From positions 160,001 to 224,000 of the forward strand of contig CBDAOC010000019.1 in assembly GCA_965197925.1 (NCBI GenBank): a stretch of DNA of 64,000 nucleotides, in the 5' to 3' direction. Positions 1 through 8,792 of this stretch are shown piece after piece. This stretch comes from Nitrososphaerales archaeon (GTDB taxonomy: Archaea; Thermoproteota; Nitrososphaeria; Nitrososphaerales; UBA213). The position numbers and the translations under genes were made by a program. Each line of letters begins with the position of its first letter. The stretch's first letter is position 1. The notes below the pieces were generated by a model that did not search any database, was not told the DNA's origin, and was given only the letters and a program-made list of their open reading frames with translations.

Positions 1-285
1 TTTACTGCAAATGGCAGTTGGAATGAGGATGAATGGTTTGAGATACTACACAAGGAGAAGGCGTGGATTATACAAATAAGAGACAGGAATAATGAAAGCA
101 AGCCGTTCAGAGTATTCAAAGGCGCACAAACCGAAGAGGCTAAAATGATCTTTCAGGGAAGCCTTGCAAGGTTTGCGATGCTGGTGTTGGGGAAAGAGGA
201 GAGGATGCATCATAACAAGCCGGACAGATGCGCTCCTTGTAAGTACTTTGATAAATGCCAGTTTAGGCTAGAACCAACTAAATGA
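1..285 (+). CDS. 3-prime part of a Cas4/AddB-like PD-(D/E)XK nuclease (truncated by window edge)
   Basis: Open frame from base 1 to TGA at 283-285 ending ...KPDRCAPCKYFDKCQFRLEPTK; C-x2-C-x5-C is the C-terminal Fe-S motif of Cas4/AddB-type nucleases. Confidence 0.5.
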   Translation, partial: FTANGSWNEDEWFEILHKEKAWIIQIRDRNNESKPFRVFKGAQTEEAKMIFQGSLARFAMLVLGKEERMHHNKPDRCAPCKYFDKCQFRLEPTK

Positions 286-659
286 CGGAAGTTTGCATCT
301 TCCATTTTTTGTAGAGTTGTAATGCATGCTCTATAGAAACAGGTTCGACTCGTTTTTTCACATGTATCATCCTACTATCTTTCATTTCGTAAGCAGGTTT
401 GTTATGTGCTAGAGCATGGTTAACCTCTTCCTACACCAGAAGTGATCTTGCCTAACAATCTTGAAAACACCAATAAATCGCAACCGTCAACAAGTTTCTT
501 ACAGAACTACATTCCACCATTTCTTTTCTCTGGTGCATTTTTATAAGTGCCTGGGTCTACTGCGCTACAATTCGGAAATTCTTTCATGACAAGGTTCACA
601 TCTTCTTTCTCATCCCGGCTTCCATATGTGCACTTAGCGTGAGTGTAATAGATTTTCAT
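278..659 (-). pseudogene. Nucleoside 2-deoxyribosyltransferase-like protein, disrupted
   Basis: MKIYYTHAKCTYG...DPG...GGM*FCKKLVDGCDLLVFSRLLGKITSGVG/EVNHALAHNKPAYE; internal TAG at 507-509 and a frameshift near 425; S-G-x-x-x-E-x-x-x-A-x-x-x-x-K-P motif of the NDT fold. Confidence 0.55.
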
Positions 660-957
660 GCATTTCTTGTTATCATTCTGAAATTTATTGCTTGAGTCGT
701 CTTCCCCTTGATTAGATATGGCAATCGCCATGCAAAATGAATTGAGGTTTCGTAAGGAAATTATAATTATCTTGGAACAGTCCCTAACTTGTTACGCCTC
801 ACACGATCGAAGCTCTCCTTCCTTGTACCGGTTCCTAACCTGACAGGATAACTGAACTTTCCTGCATTGTCTTTGACGCTGACAGGGTCTTCTGTCTATG
901 CGATCGCTGTAATCAAACGATATTTATCAACACCGTCTTCAGCTTTTAGCTTCAACG

Positions 958-1132
958 ACTCTAGAAACCATGGATTTTAGCCCATTGTATATCGAACTGC
1001 ACCATTGGATCAACGTGTTACGTGCCATGCATGCCTATGCATGAAAGAGTCCAGATACGTCAAACTTGCAAAAACAATACCTGATGTCTTGACAAGGGCT
1101 AGAGTACCGCCCTGCATGCACGGGAAGAACAA
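958..1132 (+). mobile_element. Left-end fragment of the GGCTCTGTAGAAAC-ended IS5-family element
   Basis: Near-identical to 20492-20665 (AGAAACCATGGATTTTAGCCCATTGTATATCG...MKESRYVKLAKT). Confidence 0.8.
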
Positions 1133-1227
1133 TGTTATTGGTGCTATACATAATCGGCTAGCACTCTTGTGCAGCTTGACAATGACAATTGATCCCTACT
1201 CGGTTTCTCATATATGATCTTCACTAT

Positions 1228-1338
1228 ATTGCTTCAGTCTTCACCCTAACTATTCATCTTTAACCAAAGGGGCGGACACATTCCTGGGGCTGCAAATAAT
1301 TGCTTGTCTTCACCCTAACCATTCAGCTTTAGCCCAAA
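1228..1338. repeat. Imperfect ~40-bp direct repeat pair separated by ~30 bp
   Basis: ATTGCTTCAGTCTTCACCCTAACTATTCATCTTTAACCAAA versus ATTGCTT--GTCTTCACCCTAACCATTCAGCTTTAGCCCAAA; core copies start at 1237 and 1306. Confidence 0.7.
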
Positions 1339-1689
1339 CAGAATGTCATTTAAATGACCGCAGCCATGGGTCGCCTAGCATTGACAGCCAGCAGATACGG
1401 TAGAACCGTCGGTGCAAGGTTAAAAGAAGAATTAGCAACATCTAGCTATGGCACCTCCCCTAATCTACGTACGCCATCCAGCCTAGTTGATATTGGATAT
1501 GAAGACCATAAGGTACATCTACCAAAAGACCAACAGCAAGTATGGAGACCTTGTTGATGCCTATATTGATCCAGATGACTGGAATGCAAGCCAAAGAAAA
1601 TAACATGCCGACAATTAAACAACATCTAAAAAACAAGAAAAGTTCAGTTCAGAAATCAAGAGAATGCCTATCACTCGACACTTCACGGA

Positions 1690-1718
1690 GAATTATCACG
1701 CGTTAGCTTGACAGGGCC
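1690..1718. mobile_element. Possible IS6-like terminal inverted repeat (element end)
   Basis: TTAGCTTGACAGGGCC resembles archaeal IS6-type ends; homology to the leader-family promoter begins immediately after it; no recognisable transposase. Confidence 0.3.
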
Positions 1719-1763
1719 AATTATTTACTATACTTAAATACGTCTGTAAGAACCACTAGAATA
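1719..1763 (+). promoter_or_regulatory. Conserved promoter of leader-family copy A (TATA box CTTAAATA at 1733-1740)
   Basis: Homologous YTTAAATA-containing segment precedes all five family members. Confidence 0.6.
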
Positions 1764-2339
1764 ATGAACAAACTAACAATACCAAGCATATTGGCAGCAA
1801 CAGTATTGATAGCAGGAATATTTGCCTTGATGCCGGTTGAGAAGGCAAGCACGGTGCACACTGGTATACAAAATACGTTAACAACTGAGTTGACGAAGGT
1901 ACAAAATAATATAAAAGATTTAGAAAATAAAATTACGGTATTGGAAGTAGAACAGGAAACTGATAGTGACCTGGACAGTGGAGACAAGTTCACGTTAGAT
2001 TGTACGGAAGAATTTGCAGTAATATCTATTTTTGCAGGATTGACGGGAGATGCTGGTACCAGTACCAGCCTCGCTGTCTCAATTGGAGGCGAAGATATTG
2101 GTATGCCAGTTGCTCTGGCAACTAATGGGTTCAAGGAATTAGTTGAAGAGGTTAGAAGACCTGAACCTGGAAGGGCTTTTATTGCAGTAGCAGACGAGGA
2201 CGTGGTACTAACTGCTGCTGAAGCAGATGCTGATGATGGCAATGACGAAGAGGTGACCGTAACGGCTCAGGTACTGGTGTCAAAAGGTGGAAGCTGCACG
2301 TTTGAAAATATTGCAGCACTAGCAGCACCAAACGGATAA
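1764..2339 (+). CDS. Leader-family secreted/surface protein, copy A (leader + coiled coil + acidic beta-rich head with a Cys pair)
   Basis: 191 aa; N-terminus MNKLTIPSILAATVLIAGIFALMPVEKASTVHTG; first 109 aa identical to 25193-25753. Confidence 0.85.
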   Translation: MNKLTIPSILAATVLIAGIFALMPVEKASTVHTGIQNTLTTELTKVQNNIKDLENKITVLEVEQETDSDLDSGDKFTLDCTEEFAVISIFAGLTGDAGTSTSLAVSIGGEDIGMPVALATNGFKELVEEVRRPEPGRAFIAVADEDVVLTAAEADADDGNDEEVTVTAQVLVSKGGSCTFENIAALAAPNG

Positions 2340-2345
2340 ACTATT

Positions 2346-2510
2346 TTTTTTCTAATATATTACTGGTTATTGGTAACAACATGCCAAATGATCTCATTAC
2401 AAATATATTGTTTTTACTCCGCACCGTAGCTAAAGCCTAGTCTTCCTTCCCCGATCCTCTTTCGTTGGTTTACCTGTTTTTGCTCAAGTATCTTATCTTC
2501 TATGTGCTTT
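2346..2510 (+). repeat. Dispersed non-coding 3-prime-flank element, copy 1
   Basis: TAATATATTACTGGTTATTGGTAACAACATGCCAAATGATCT...GGTTTACCTGTTTTTGCTCAAGTATC also at 5135-5284, 24836-25192 (rc) and 31288-31455 (rc). Confidence 0.8.
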
Positions 2511-3217
2511 TATGACGAATGTGATCCACATATCCCCTTCCTAACTCCATACTCTATCTCAGGGAAATCATATCCTATTCATGCATATGTTCTGTTTAAC
2601 TTTGGGCCTATCAACAACAATGCTATCTATTGTAGGAAAAGCTGATTTCATATCGTGTTTATTTGCTTCAGTAATTACAGACGAGAGAGGAATACCTCTT
2701 CTATCAACCAGCATGTGACGTTTGGTACCTAGCTTACCTCTATCCGTTGGGTTTGCTCCGGTCGTTTTCCCCCTAAATGTGCCTTCACTATGGCACTATC
2801 GATAGACTGCCAGTTCCATCCTATACCTTTCAGCTCATCATACCTATCGGCCAGCCTTTGCCATACCTTCTGAAACACTCCCTTCTTGACCCATTGTTGG
2901 AACCTAGCATGACATACAGAAGGAGATGCATATTCCTTTGGCACCTTCTTCCACTGGTACCCAGTCCTTAGAACAAACAGTAATTCCATCTAGCACTCTT
3001 ATGTATGGCACAGCAGGCCTCCAACTGTGCTAAGTTTCTTCCATATTGGCAGTACCCGTTTGAATTCGTTCCAGAGATCGTCTGGTATATGCCATATCGT
3101 TGGCATGCTCTTCTTCTTCTTATCCTTCTTGACCTTTCTCACAGTTTGAGGTAAGAGACGATCTAGATCTTTTTTGGTACAGGAAATAAGCTATATTGTT
3201 AATTTTAGTATAGGCTC
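2511..3217 (-). mobile_element. IS5 family (IS1031-like) transposase pseudogene with left TIR
   Basis: MPTIWHIPDDLWNEF...VLRTGYQWKKVPKEY...WQSIDSAIVKA...TDRGKLGTKRHMLVDRRGIPL; frameshifted; end AATTTTAGTATAGGCTC at 3217. Confidence 0.85.
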
Positions 3218-3251
3218 TAAATCAAAACTCTTTCTTGATTATAATAAAAAA

Positions 3252-4517
3252 ATGAGCCTAATGTTCAGGTATTGGATCGCAATAGTCGCGGTAGCATCAT
3301 TTGCAATAGGTATAGTGGCAGGTCCTATTGTAACTACTGCAACTCAAGATCTAGGTGTGGAACTAAACAGCACAGACAATATAGAGAAATCTAGTGATGA
3401 GATTAGTGATGAGATTAGTGATGAGATTAGTGATGAGATTAGTGATGAGATTAGTGATGAGATGAAGAAACTTAGTGATGAGATGAAGACGTTTGGTGCT
3501 GAGATAAATGAAATTAAGAACAAGTCAAATGAGGAACGGCCTGAGGTTTCTGAAGACATAGCAAACTGGGAAAGGCAGATACAAATTATTGATTTAAGGA
3601 TTGATAGGTTAAGCAATTTATCTGGAGATATAGATGAACTTAGGAAAGAGATTGCAAGCCTGAAGACACTACAGCAGTCACAATCGCTATCAGCATCTCT
3701 TGGGAGCTCTGAGTATAAAGTAGGAGATTCATTGATTCTGAATGGTGTTGGTTTCTCAAACAGATCGGTAAAGATCTCGTTGCTGGATTCCAACAGACTT
3801 ATCATCAGCGAAGGATCAACCACATCTGACTCATCTGGGAAATTTACATTTACAGTACAGCTCTCGACAAGTCTGTCGGATGGAAATTATATCATTAAAG
3901 TGAGCCAGGAAAGTGATGTAATCGAGGAACCCTTTAGAATAGTATCAACAATAATTCAGACTGAAGGATTTACACTTACAAGTGATGACAGGGAATATTT
4001 ACGTGGGGAAAAGGTTCTGCTTAGAGGTATCACTGATCCAGATGTATGGGTTGACTTTGACATATTTGACAGCAATAAAATACAACTTAGAATTTCAACA
4101 AAGTCAGACGCTGATGGAAGATATAACGTTGAGTATACAATTTCCACAAATGCTGTTATTGGTAAGTATGAAGTTAAAGCAACGGTAGGAGATAAGCAGG
4201 TTAATGTCAAATTCTCTGTAGTCCTGACAAAATCATCATCAGCCTCAACATCAAACAATCTAACAATTGAGACTGGCAGATCCCCATTCAACAGGGGAGA
4301 TTTCGTTACTGTAGTGGGTAAGGGCAAAGCAAATGAAAAGGTTACCATACTTGTAGAACCTCCAAGAGGGGATAACTTGTTACTTACAGTGAATCCTGAC
4401 AGCTCTGGAAACTACAGATCAGTGTTTGGCATAAAACAAGATACCTTCACAGGACAATGGAAACTTACAGCAAAGCAGGGAACTGATGCTGCTACAATTG
4501 ACATTACGGTGATTTGA
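3252..4517 (+). CDS. Membrane-anchored/secreted protein with coiled coil and about three Ig-like repeats
   Basis: N-terminal TM/signal, SDEI repeats, coiled coil, repeated S.D..G.F/Y...G.Y beta-sandwich units; start moved from 3174 (inside IS end) to ATG 3252. Confidence 0.75.
   Translation: MSLMFRYWIAIVAVASFAIGIVAGPIVTTATQDLGVELNSTDNIEKSSDEISDEISDEISDEISDEISDEMKKLSDEMKTFGAEINEIKNKSNEERPEVSEDIANWERQIQIIDLRIDRLSNLSGDIDELRKEIASLKTLQQSQSLSASLGSSEYKVGDSLILNGVGFSNRSVKISLLDSNRLIISEGSTTSDSSGKFTFTVQLSTSLSDGNYIIKVSQESDVIEEPFRIVSTIIQTEGFTLTSDDREYLRGEKVLLRGITDPDVWVDFDIFDSNKIQLRISTKSDADGRYNVEYTISTNAVIGKYEVKATVGDKQVNVKFSVVLTKSSSASTSNNLTIETGRSPFNRGDFVTVVGKGKANEKVTILVEPPRGDNLLLTVNPDSSGNYRSVFGIKQDTFTGQWKLTAKQGTDAATIDITVI
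3392..3484 (+). repeat. In-frame 12-bp tandem repeat TAGTGATGAGAT x6 plus one displaced unit
   Basis: Encodes (SDEI)5 SDEM KKL SDEM. Confidence 0.95.
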
Positions 4518-4749
4518 TATGTGCAAGTATGCTGCTGGCATATATGGAGGGTTCATGACTGGTGTTGTCGTTGCGTTTGTTGCAGCTCCTACTGTAGCGA
4601 GTCATACGACTGTTCAAGATGCATCCACAATATGGAAAAGGTTCATAAACGAAGTATATTACCAAAGATTTGCGTCATTCCATATGTGTAATAACAATTG
4701 ACCTACCAATTAATAATTTAGGAAATAATTATTCAATTAATAGGTAGTT

Positions 4750-5130
4750 GAGGCTTGGTCGTAATTAAGTAGCTCGAAACGATAAGATCAGGTTCCAATT
4801 TTCATTGGTAATGTGTTTAGCTGACTCGATACTTCGTATATTATTTTTGATTGACGTGATTCCTCGGCCAAAACCTCTTAGGAAGAGAGGTAAACCCTAC
4901 TATTCTCCCACAGTAATGGTGAGACGCTTCATCGTTAGAGTATGGCTAAGAATACCAAGCAACAATGCTTTGCATGAAACTTTTCGATAGACATGCCATG
5001 CAACAGGAAGGTAATGATGGCATGTGGTCTTGATAGGTTGCCAGACAGAAGAACATTCGACAGAAGGTTCAAGACCATATCAATTGACATAAGATCAAGG
5101 ATAGGTGCTATGGGTGTGCTCTTCATAAAA
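4750..5130 (+). mobile_element. 5-prime fragment of a GAGGCTTGG-ended DDE IS element
   Basis: End GAGGCTTGGTCGTAATT shared with 29952, 36783 and 56328, and in inverse at 18740; encodes KRGKPYYSPTVMVR...LPDRRTFDRRF transposase N-terminus with frameshift. Confidence 0.7.
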
Positions 5131-5134
5131 GATG

Positions 5135-5284
5135 GGTTGGCAGACCCAGCATCTATTGGGTACCACTAGGGAATCACCCGACACATCTTATAATATGTTA
5201 CCAATAATTGGTAACAATATGCTAAATGATCTTCCCCAATATTCCTTCATTGGTTCACTTGTTCTTGTTTCCCCAAGTATCCTG
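5135..5284 (+). repeat. Dispersed non-coding 3-prime-flank element, orphan copy
   Basis: Matches rc of 31288-31420; contains palindrome TGTTACCAAT-A-ATTGGTAACA at 5196-5216. Confidence 0.75.
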
Positions 5285-5360
5285 GAGCTTGCACGAAAAT
5301 CCTGTTTCAGGGATTGTACCCTGCCCTTATACCAGCAATAATTATACGGAATTATTGAGT
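5285..5360 (-). mobile_element. Right-end fragment of IS1031-like element
   Basis: GAGCTTGCACGAAAATCCTGTTTC...CCAGCAATAATTAT aligns with 28323-28390. Confidence 0.6.
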
Positions 5361-5361
5361 T

Positions 5362-5655
5362 GTGCAACAAGGCAGCTATTATGATAAAGAGACGCTACCT
5401 GCAATCAAGGTAAGGAAAACATCTTCAGTCAAAACGGATTGCTATCCCAGACGAAAAGCTGTTTTGGCACAATCGTGCAACTTGGATCCGTGGAGGCTTA
5501 GCGAAAGCTGTGGGCAACGATGGATTGTAAGATCCGTATTTTCATCATCCAAGCGGTTCTTTGGTGAGCATGCTACGGCACACAAATTCTGTAACATGAT
5601 AAAGGAACTAGGACTCAATGGCGTCTTTGTATAATTTGTTTGCAGGTGCTTGATT
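5362..5655 (+). mobile_element. C-terminal fragment of an IS5 (IS903-like) transposase
   Basis: PAIKVRKTSS...GQRWIVRSVFSSSKRFFGEHATAHKFCNMIKEL resembles the DDE C-terminal motif. Confidence 0.6.
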
Positions 5656-5894
5656 ATTAATGAATCATCATCTAGCGTGAACTGCAGAAATAATCATTCA
5701 GCTATGCAACACAACATCCTGCAACATCCTTAACCCATGCTGGTATTGCATCACCTTGAGAGCATGCATAGCCAAGACCAACGCTGAAGGCAACTGCAAA
5801 AATCAAGCAAAAAATAATGGTTTTCATGCTATCCCTCGAGGATTAGACAGAACCGGTGTCACTAGGAGGACCTAATTTTTGTGCACCAGGCCAG

Positions 5895-6359
5895 TCAGCC
5901 TTTGTAGTATCCAGAGCCGAAGATGTACCCGTCATGCAATACAAGCCAAGAGCGCTTGTGCCCCTCTCCGCCTGTTTGGGGATTTGCAAACTGATACCCT
6001 GCCCAGGCGTGCCCGTTGCGTTCGAGATCTGCCAGAATCTCTTCAGCCGGCCTGTCTGCATCGGTAAGAATGACAGAATTGGTTCCAACCAGGTATGGGT
6101 ATGCACCGTGCGCCACAATTGTTGCGGTATTGGGATTTATGACAAACGGATAACTGGGGTCGGTGCTGGCCATTGCGCTGATCCTCTCAAGGGTGCTACC
6201 TGGATCCGCATCATACATGCGGATTGTCTCCTTGACTACCTCCTGGACCCTTGATTCCGGCGTACCGGCAACCTGTCCGTCTAACTGGTAGGCAATGCCG
6301 GCCATGACTGCCACCGCAACTGCTACAACTGCAATCGGGATCAGTACTTTTAAGCGCAA
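5895..6359 (-). CDS. Stand-alone membrane-anchored single Cache-domain protein
   Basis: N-terminal TM, then YPFVINP...IVAHGA and WAGYQFANPQTGGEGHKRSWLVLHDGYIFGSGYY, typical of Cache domains; GC-rich. Confidence 0.75.
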   Translation of the reverse strand: MRLKVLIPIAVVAVAVAVMAGIAYQLDGQVAGTPESRVQEVVKETIRMYDADPGSTLERISAMASTDPSYPFVINPNTATIVAHGAYPYLVGTNSVILTDADRPAEEILADLERNGHAWAGYQFANPQTGGEGHKRSWLVLHDGYIFGSGYYKG

Positions 6360-6476
6360 TGCATCTTACCTAGCTGCACGTTAATGCGTGTCGTATTTAT
6401 AATTTTAAACCGGGCTAGAGGAAGAAAAGGAACCGTTTTCTGATGGTTTAAGAGTGGCACAGGCAAAGTAACATGA

Positions 6477-7316
6477 TTGGGAATCCACAAACTATCTGAT
6501 ACGTCATCCTTGGCATTGCTCTGGGCTGACGGGGCAGTCCACACCTGCAGGCACTCTAAAAAATATCTGAACCTCCTGGATCTTGATTCGGGCAGGGCAC
6601 TCCACTCCGAGTGCGTCAGGATATGGCCGCACTACGGCGAAGTAATAAAGAACAGGAAAAAATGCATCATGGATCTGGTTGTTCATCATACCATGGGAGA
6701 GAAGATCACGCAGCTGGCAATCTTTGGCAGTGGCATGGATGCCCTTTCCCTGGAAACAGTCTCACGCACGGGAGGCGTTGCTGCCTATGAGGTTGATTAT
6801 TCGCGGATGAGTCTCAAGGAAGGGCTCATCAGGAAGGCATGCGGCACGGGAATCCCAATCAGGTGCATTTCCTCGGATCTGAATGATGTAAAAAAGGTTC
6901 TTGGCTGCATGAGAAAAAGAGGGTGGAACAGCAGCATGCCGTCTGTTCTGGTGCTTGAGGGGATATCCTACTTTTTAGGCAGAAAAAGCCTGTGGGACCT
7001 TATTGCCGCATTCAGGACGGCAGACAGGAGAAACGTGCTGCTGCTAGAGTACCTGATACCCAAAGAAAACATTGCCAAGAGCAGGCAAGGGATACCGGAG
7101 CGCGTTTTTGGAGCGATTCAAAGAAACAGCGGTTCGGAGGTGCGCCGGACTGCAAGATACGACATAGGCGAGATGGGGGCGCGCCTTGGAAAGATTGGCG
7201 GGAAGATCATCAGGCGGTACAGCATGAAGGACATGGAAAAGAACAGGACGGGACGCAATGTGTATTTTAAGACATGCAAAAGCGGGTGGATTGAGGTGTG
7301 CCAGGCGTCCATCTGA
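6477..7316 (+). CDS. Class I SAM-dependent methyltransferase (leucine carboxyl methyltransferase-like)
   Basis: QLAIFGSGMDALS, YEVD, ISSDL and VLVLEGISYFL motifs. Confidence 0.75.
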   Translation: MGIHKLSDTSSLALLWADGAVHTCRHSKKYLNLLDLDSGRALHSECVRIWPHYGEVIKNRKKCIMDLVVHHTMGEKITQLAIFGSGMDALSLETVSRTGGVAAYEVDYSRMSLKEGLIRKACGTGIPIRCISSDLNDVKKVLGCMRKRGWNSSMPSVLVLEGISYFLGRKSLWDLIAAFRTADRRNVLLLEYLIPKENIAKSRQGIPERVFGAIQRNSGSEVRRTARYDIGEMGARLGKIGGKIIRRYSMKDMEKNRTGRNVYFKTCKSGWIEVCQASI

Positions 7317-8267
7317 GCATGCCTTGTGACATGCCAAGAATATTGAAAAACTGCGTGAGGTACTGACAAGCCTCCTGGCTGGATAATGATTTTTCTTTTC
7401 ATTGCCAAAATATTCCACGATTACCTGTATAAAGAAACACTTGAGCGGTTCAAACCGAAATAACTGGTTTTCGATACATCCTGGATGTTTCTTTTGCAAG
7501 AAGGATGTTTGCAACAACCCGTGAATTATACAGAATCAGCGAATGGTAAAAGTACGGCAACCTGGTGGATTGGTTCGGGCCTGCCGTTCCTGGCTGCAAT
7601 CTTTCAATGCACGCATAACTGTCCCTGTTCCCCACCCCTGTACCAGCAAACGCGTCGATCGCAGAAATCTCATTAACCGTTAAAAAGTTGAGATATCCAT
7701 GGGTAGCCAATACTTAACACGGCAACTGTTTGCGGGATTATTGTCGGCATCATCAAGAACCCTGAATCCCACGCTATTTTGCGCCGGGCCTTCACGGCTT
7801 GACCGGGTTCATGGGCTGATGTCATGGATGAGATCGAACCTGACTAATTATTCCTTGGCATCAGAATAACTGGCGGGCATTCCCAGCCAGCTATCTAACC
7901 CCCGGCATTCCAGAATTTTATATCGCGGCGGATTTGGATATCAAAATTACATGATTTGCTGATTTTCCGGTGATCCCTTTTGCCAGGTGCATGATACGTG
8001 AAAGATATGAGCTGGTCAAATGGACATGTCAAAACATCGTCTTAACTTATCCTTAAATACTCCAGATCAAGGTTCCAGTTCCTCTCATCATCCCTGATGA
8101 CGAGATGCAACGTCATATGAGACTTGGAGAACAAAACCATCGCATCCTTGCAACAATTGTTGACACGCGTATTGTCCTTCAATGGTGTATAATATGACAA
8201 CTTCTAGATCAACATTATACTATCCAGGCTTAAGGATGCTGCATTGCATATATAGCTATAGACAAAC

Positions 8268-8657
8268 ATGTCAAACAACAAGTACGAAATAAAGAAGGGT
8301 ATCCGAAATGGAGCGATTGCGGGACTCCTTGCAGGACTGGTGTTAGCAGTTACTATGTTTGCCACAAACACTCTGGACCTTCAAGTGCTATTGCCTACCA
8401 CTCTAATCATAGGTGCAATATACGGTGTGTTGACATCCAACGATAGTGTTAAACCAGTAAGAACCAAAGATGCAGTATCGTTAGGTGTAATTACTGGATT
8501 GGTATCTTTCGCTGTAATAGCAAAGCCAGTATCAATGCCGTACACAGAATTACTTGTGCCATTACTACAGTATGCTCTCTTTGGTGCCGTCCTAGGATGG
8601 ATGACGTCATTCCTGGCTAACAGGGAAGAGAAGCGTAAGGTAAGCCTCCACGCATAA
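8268..8657 (+). CDS. Small integral membrane protein (about 4 TM)
   Basis: 129 aa with hydrophobic G/A-rich helices. Confidence 0.7.
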   Translation: MSNNKYEIKKGIRNGAIAGLLAGLVLAVTMFATNTLDLQVLLPTTLIIGAIYGVLTSNDSVKPVRTKDAVSLGVITGLVSFAVIAKPVSMPYTELLVPLLQYALFGAVLGWMTSFLANREEKRKVSLHA

Positions 8658-8792
8658 GAAGACCCCGACTTGGCTCCATAATTTCCCCTCTTTTTCTTTT
8701 TCCTAATTCAATTATGATTTAAGATTCACTTCTGTTATGCTATAATTGGACTAGTCTGCATGACTCAGTTTATCATCAATCGTAATACTTGT

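Noticed and set aside
1721..2242. Antisense shadow ORFs (also 25281-25847, 21607-22362, 3344-3823, 56965-57507, 57077-57589 and similar)
   Set aside because: They lie opposite well-supported genes and have Ser/Pro-rich shadow composition
2417..2445. tRNA 5-prime-like stretch CCGCACCGTAGCTAAAGCCTAGTC (also rc near 24912-24935)
   Set aside because: Only vague resemblance; no cloverleaf or T arm follows; cannot be supported as a tRNA or att site
3392..3484. Tandem repeat as a CRISPR array
   Set aside because: 12-bp head-to-tail units with no spacers, in frame within a gene
7530..7710. Possible DNA methyltransferase fragment (IDAFAGTG) on the minus strand
   Set aside because: Single short motif without further supporting sequence
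8080..8140. Hairpin containing CTGATGA (hammerhead or C/D-box-like)
   Set aside because: No correctly placed GAAA core or D box
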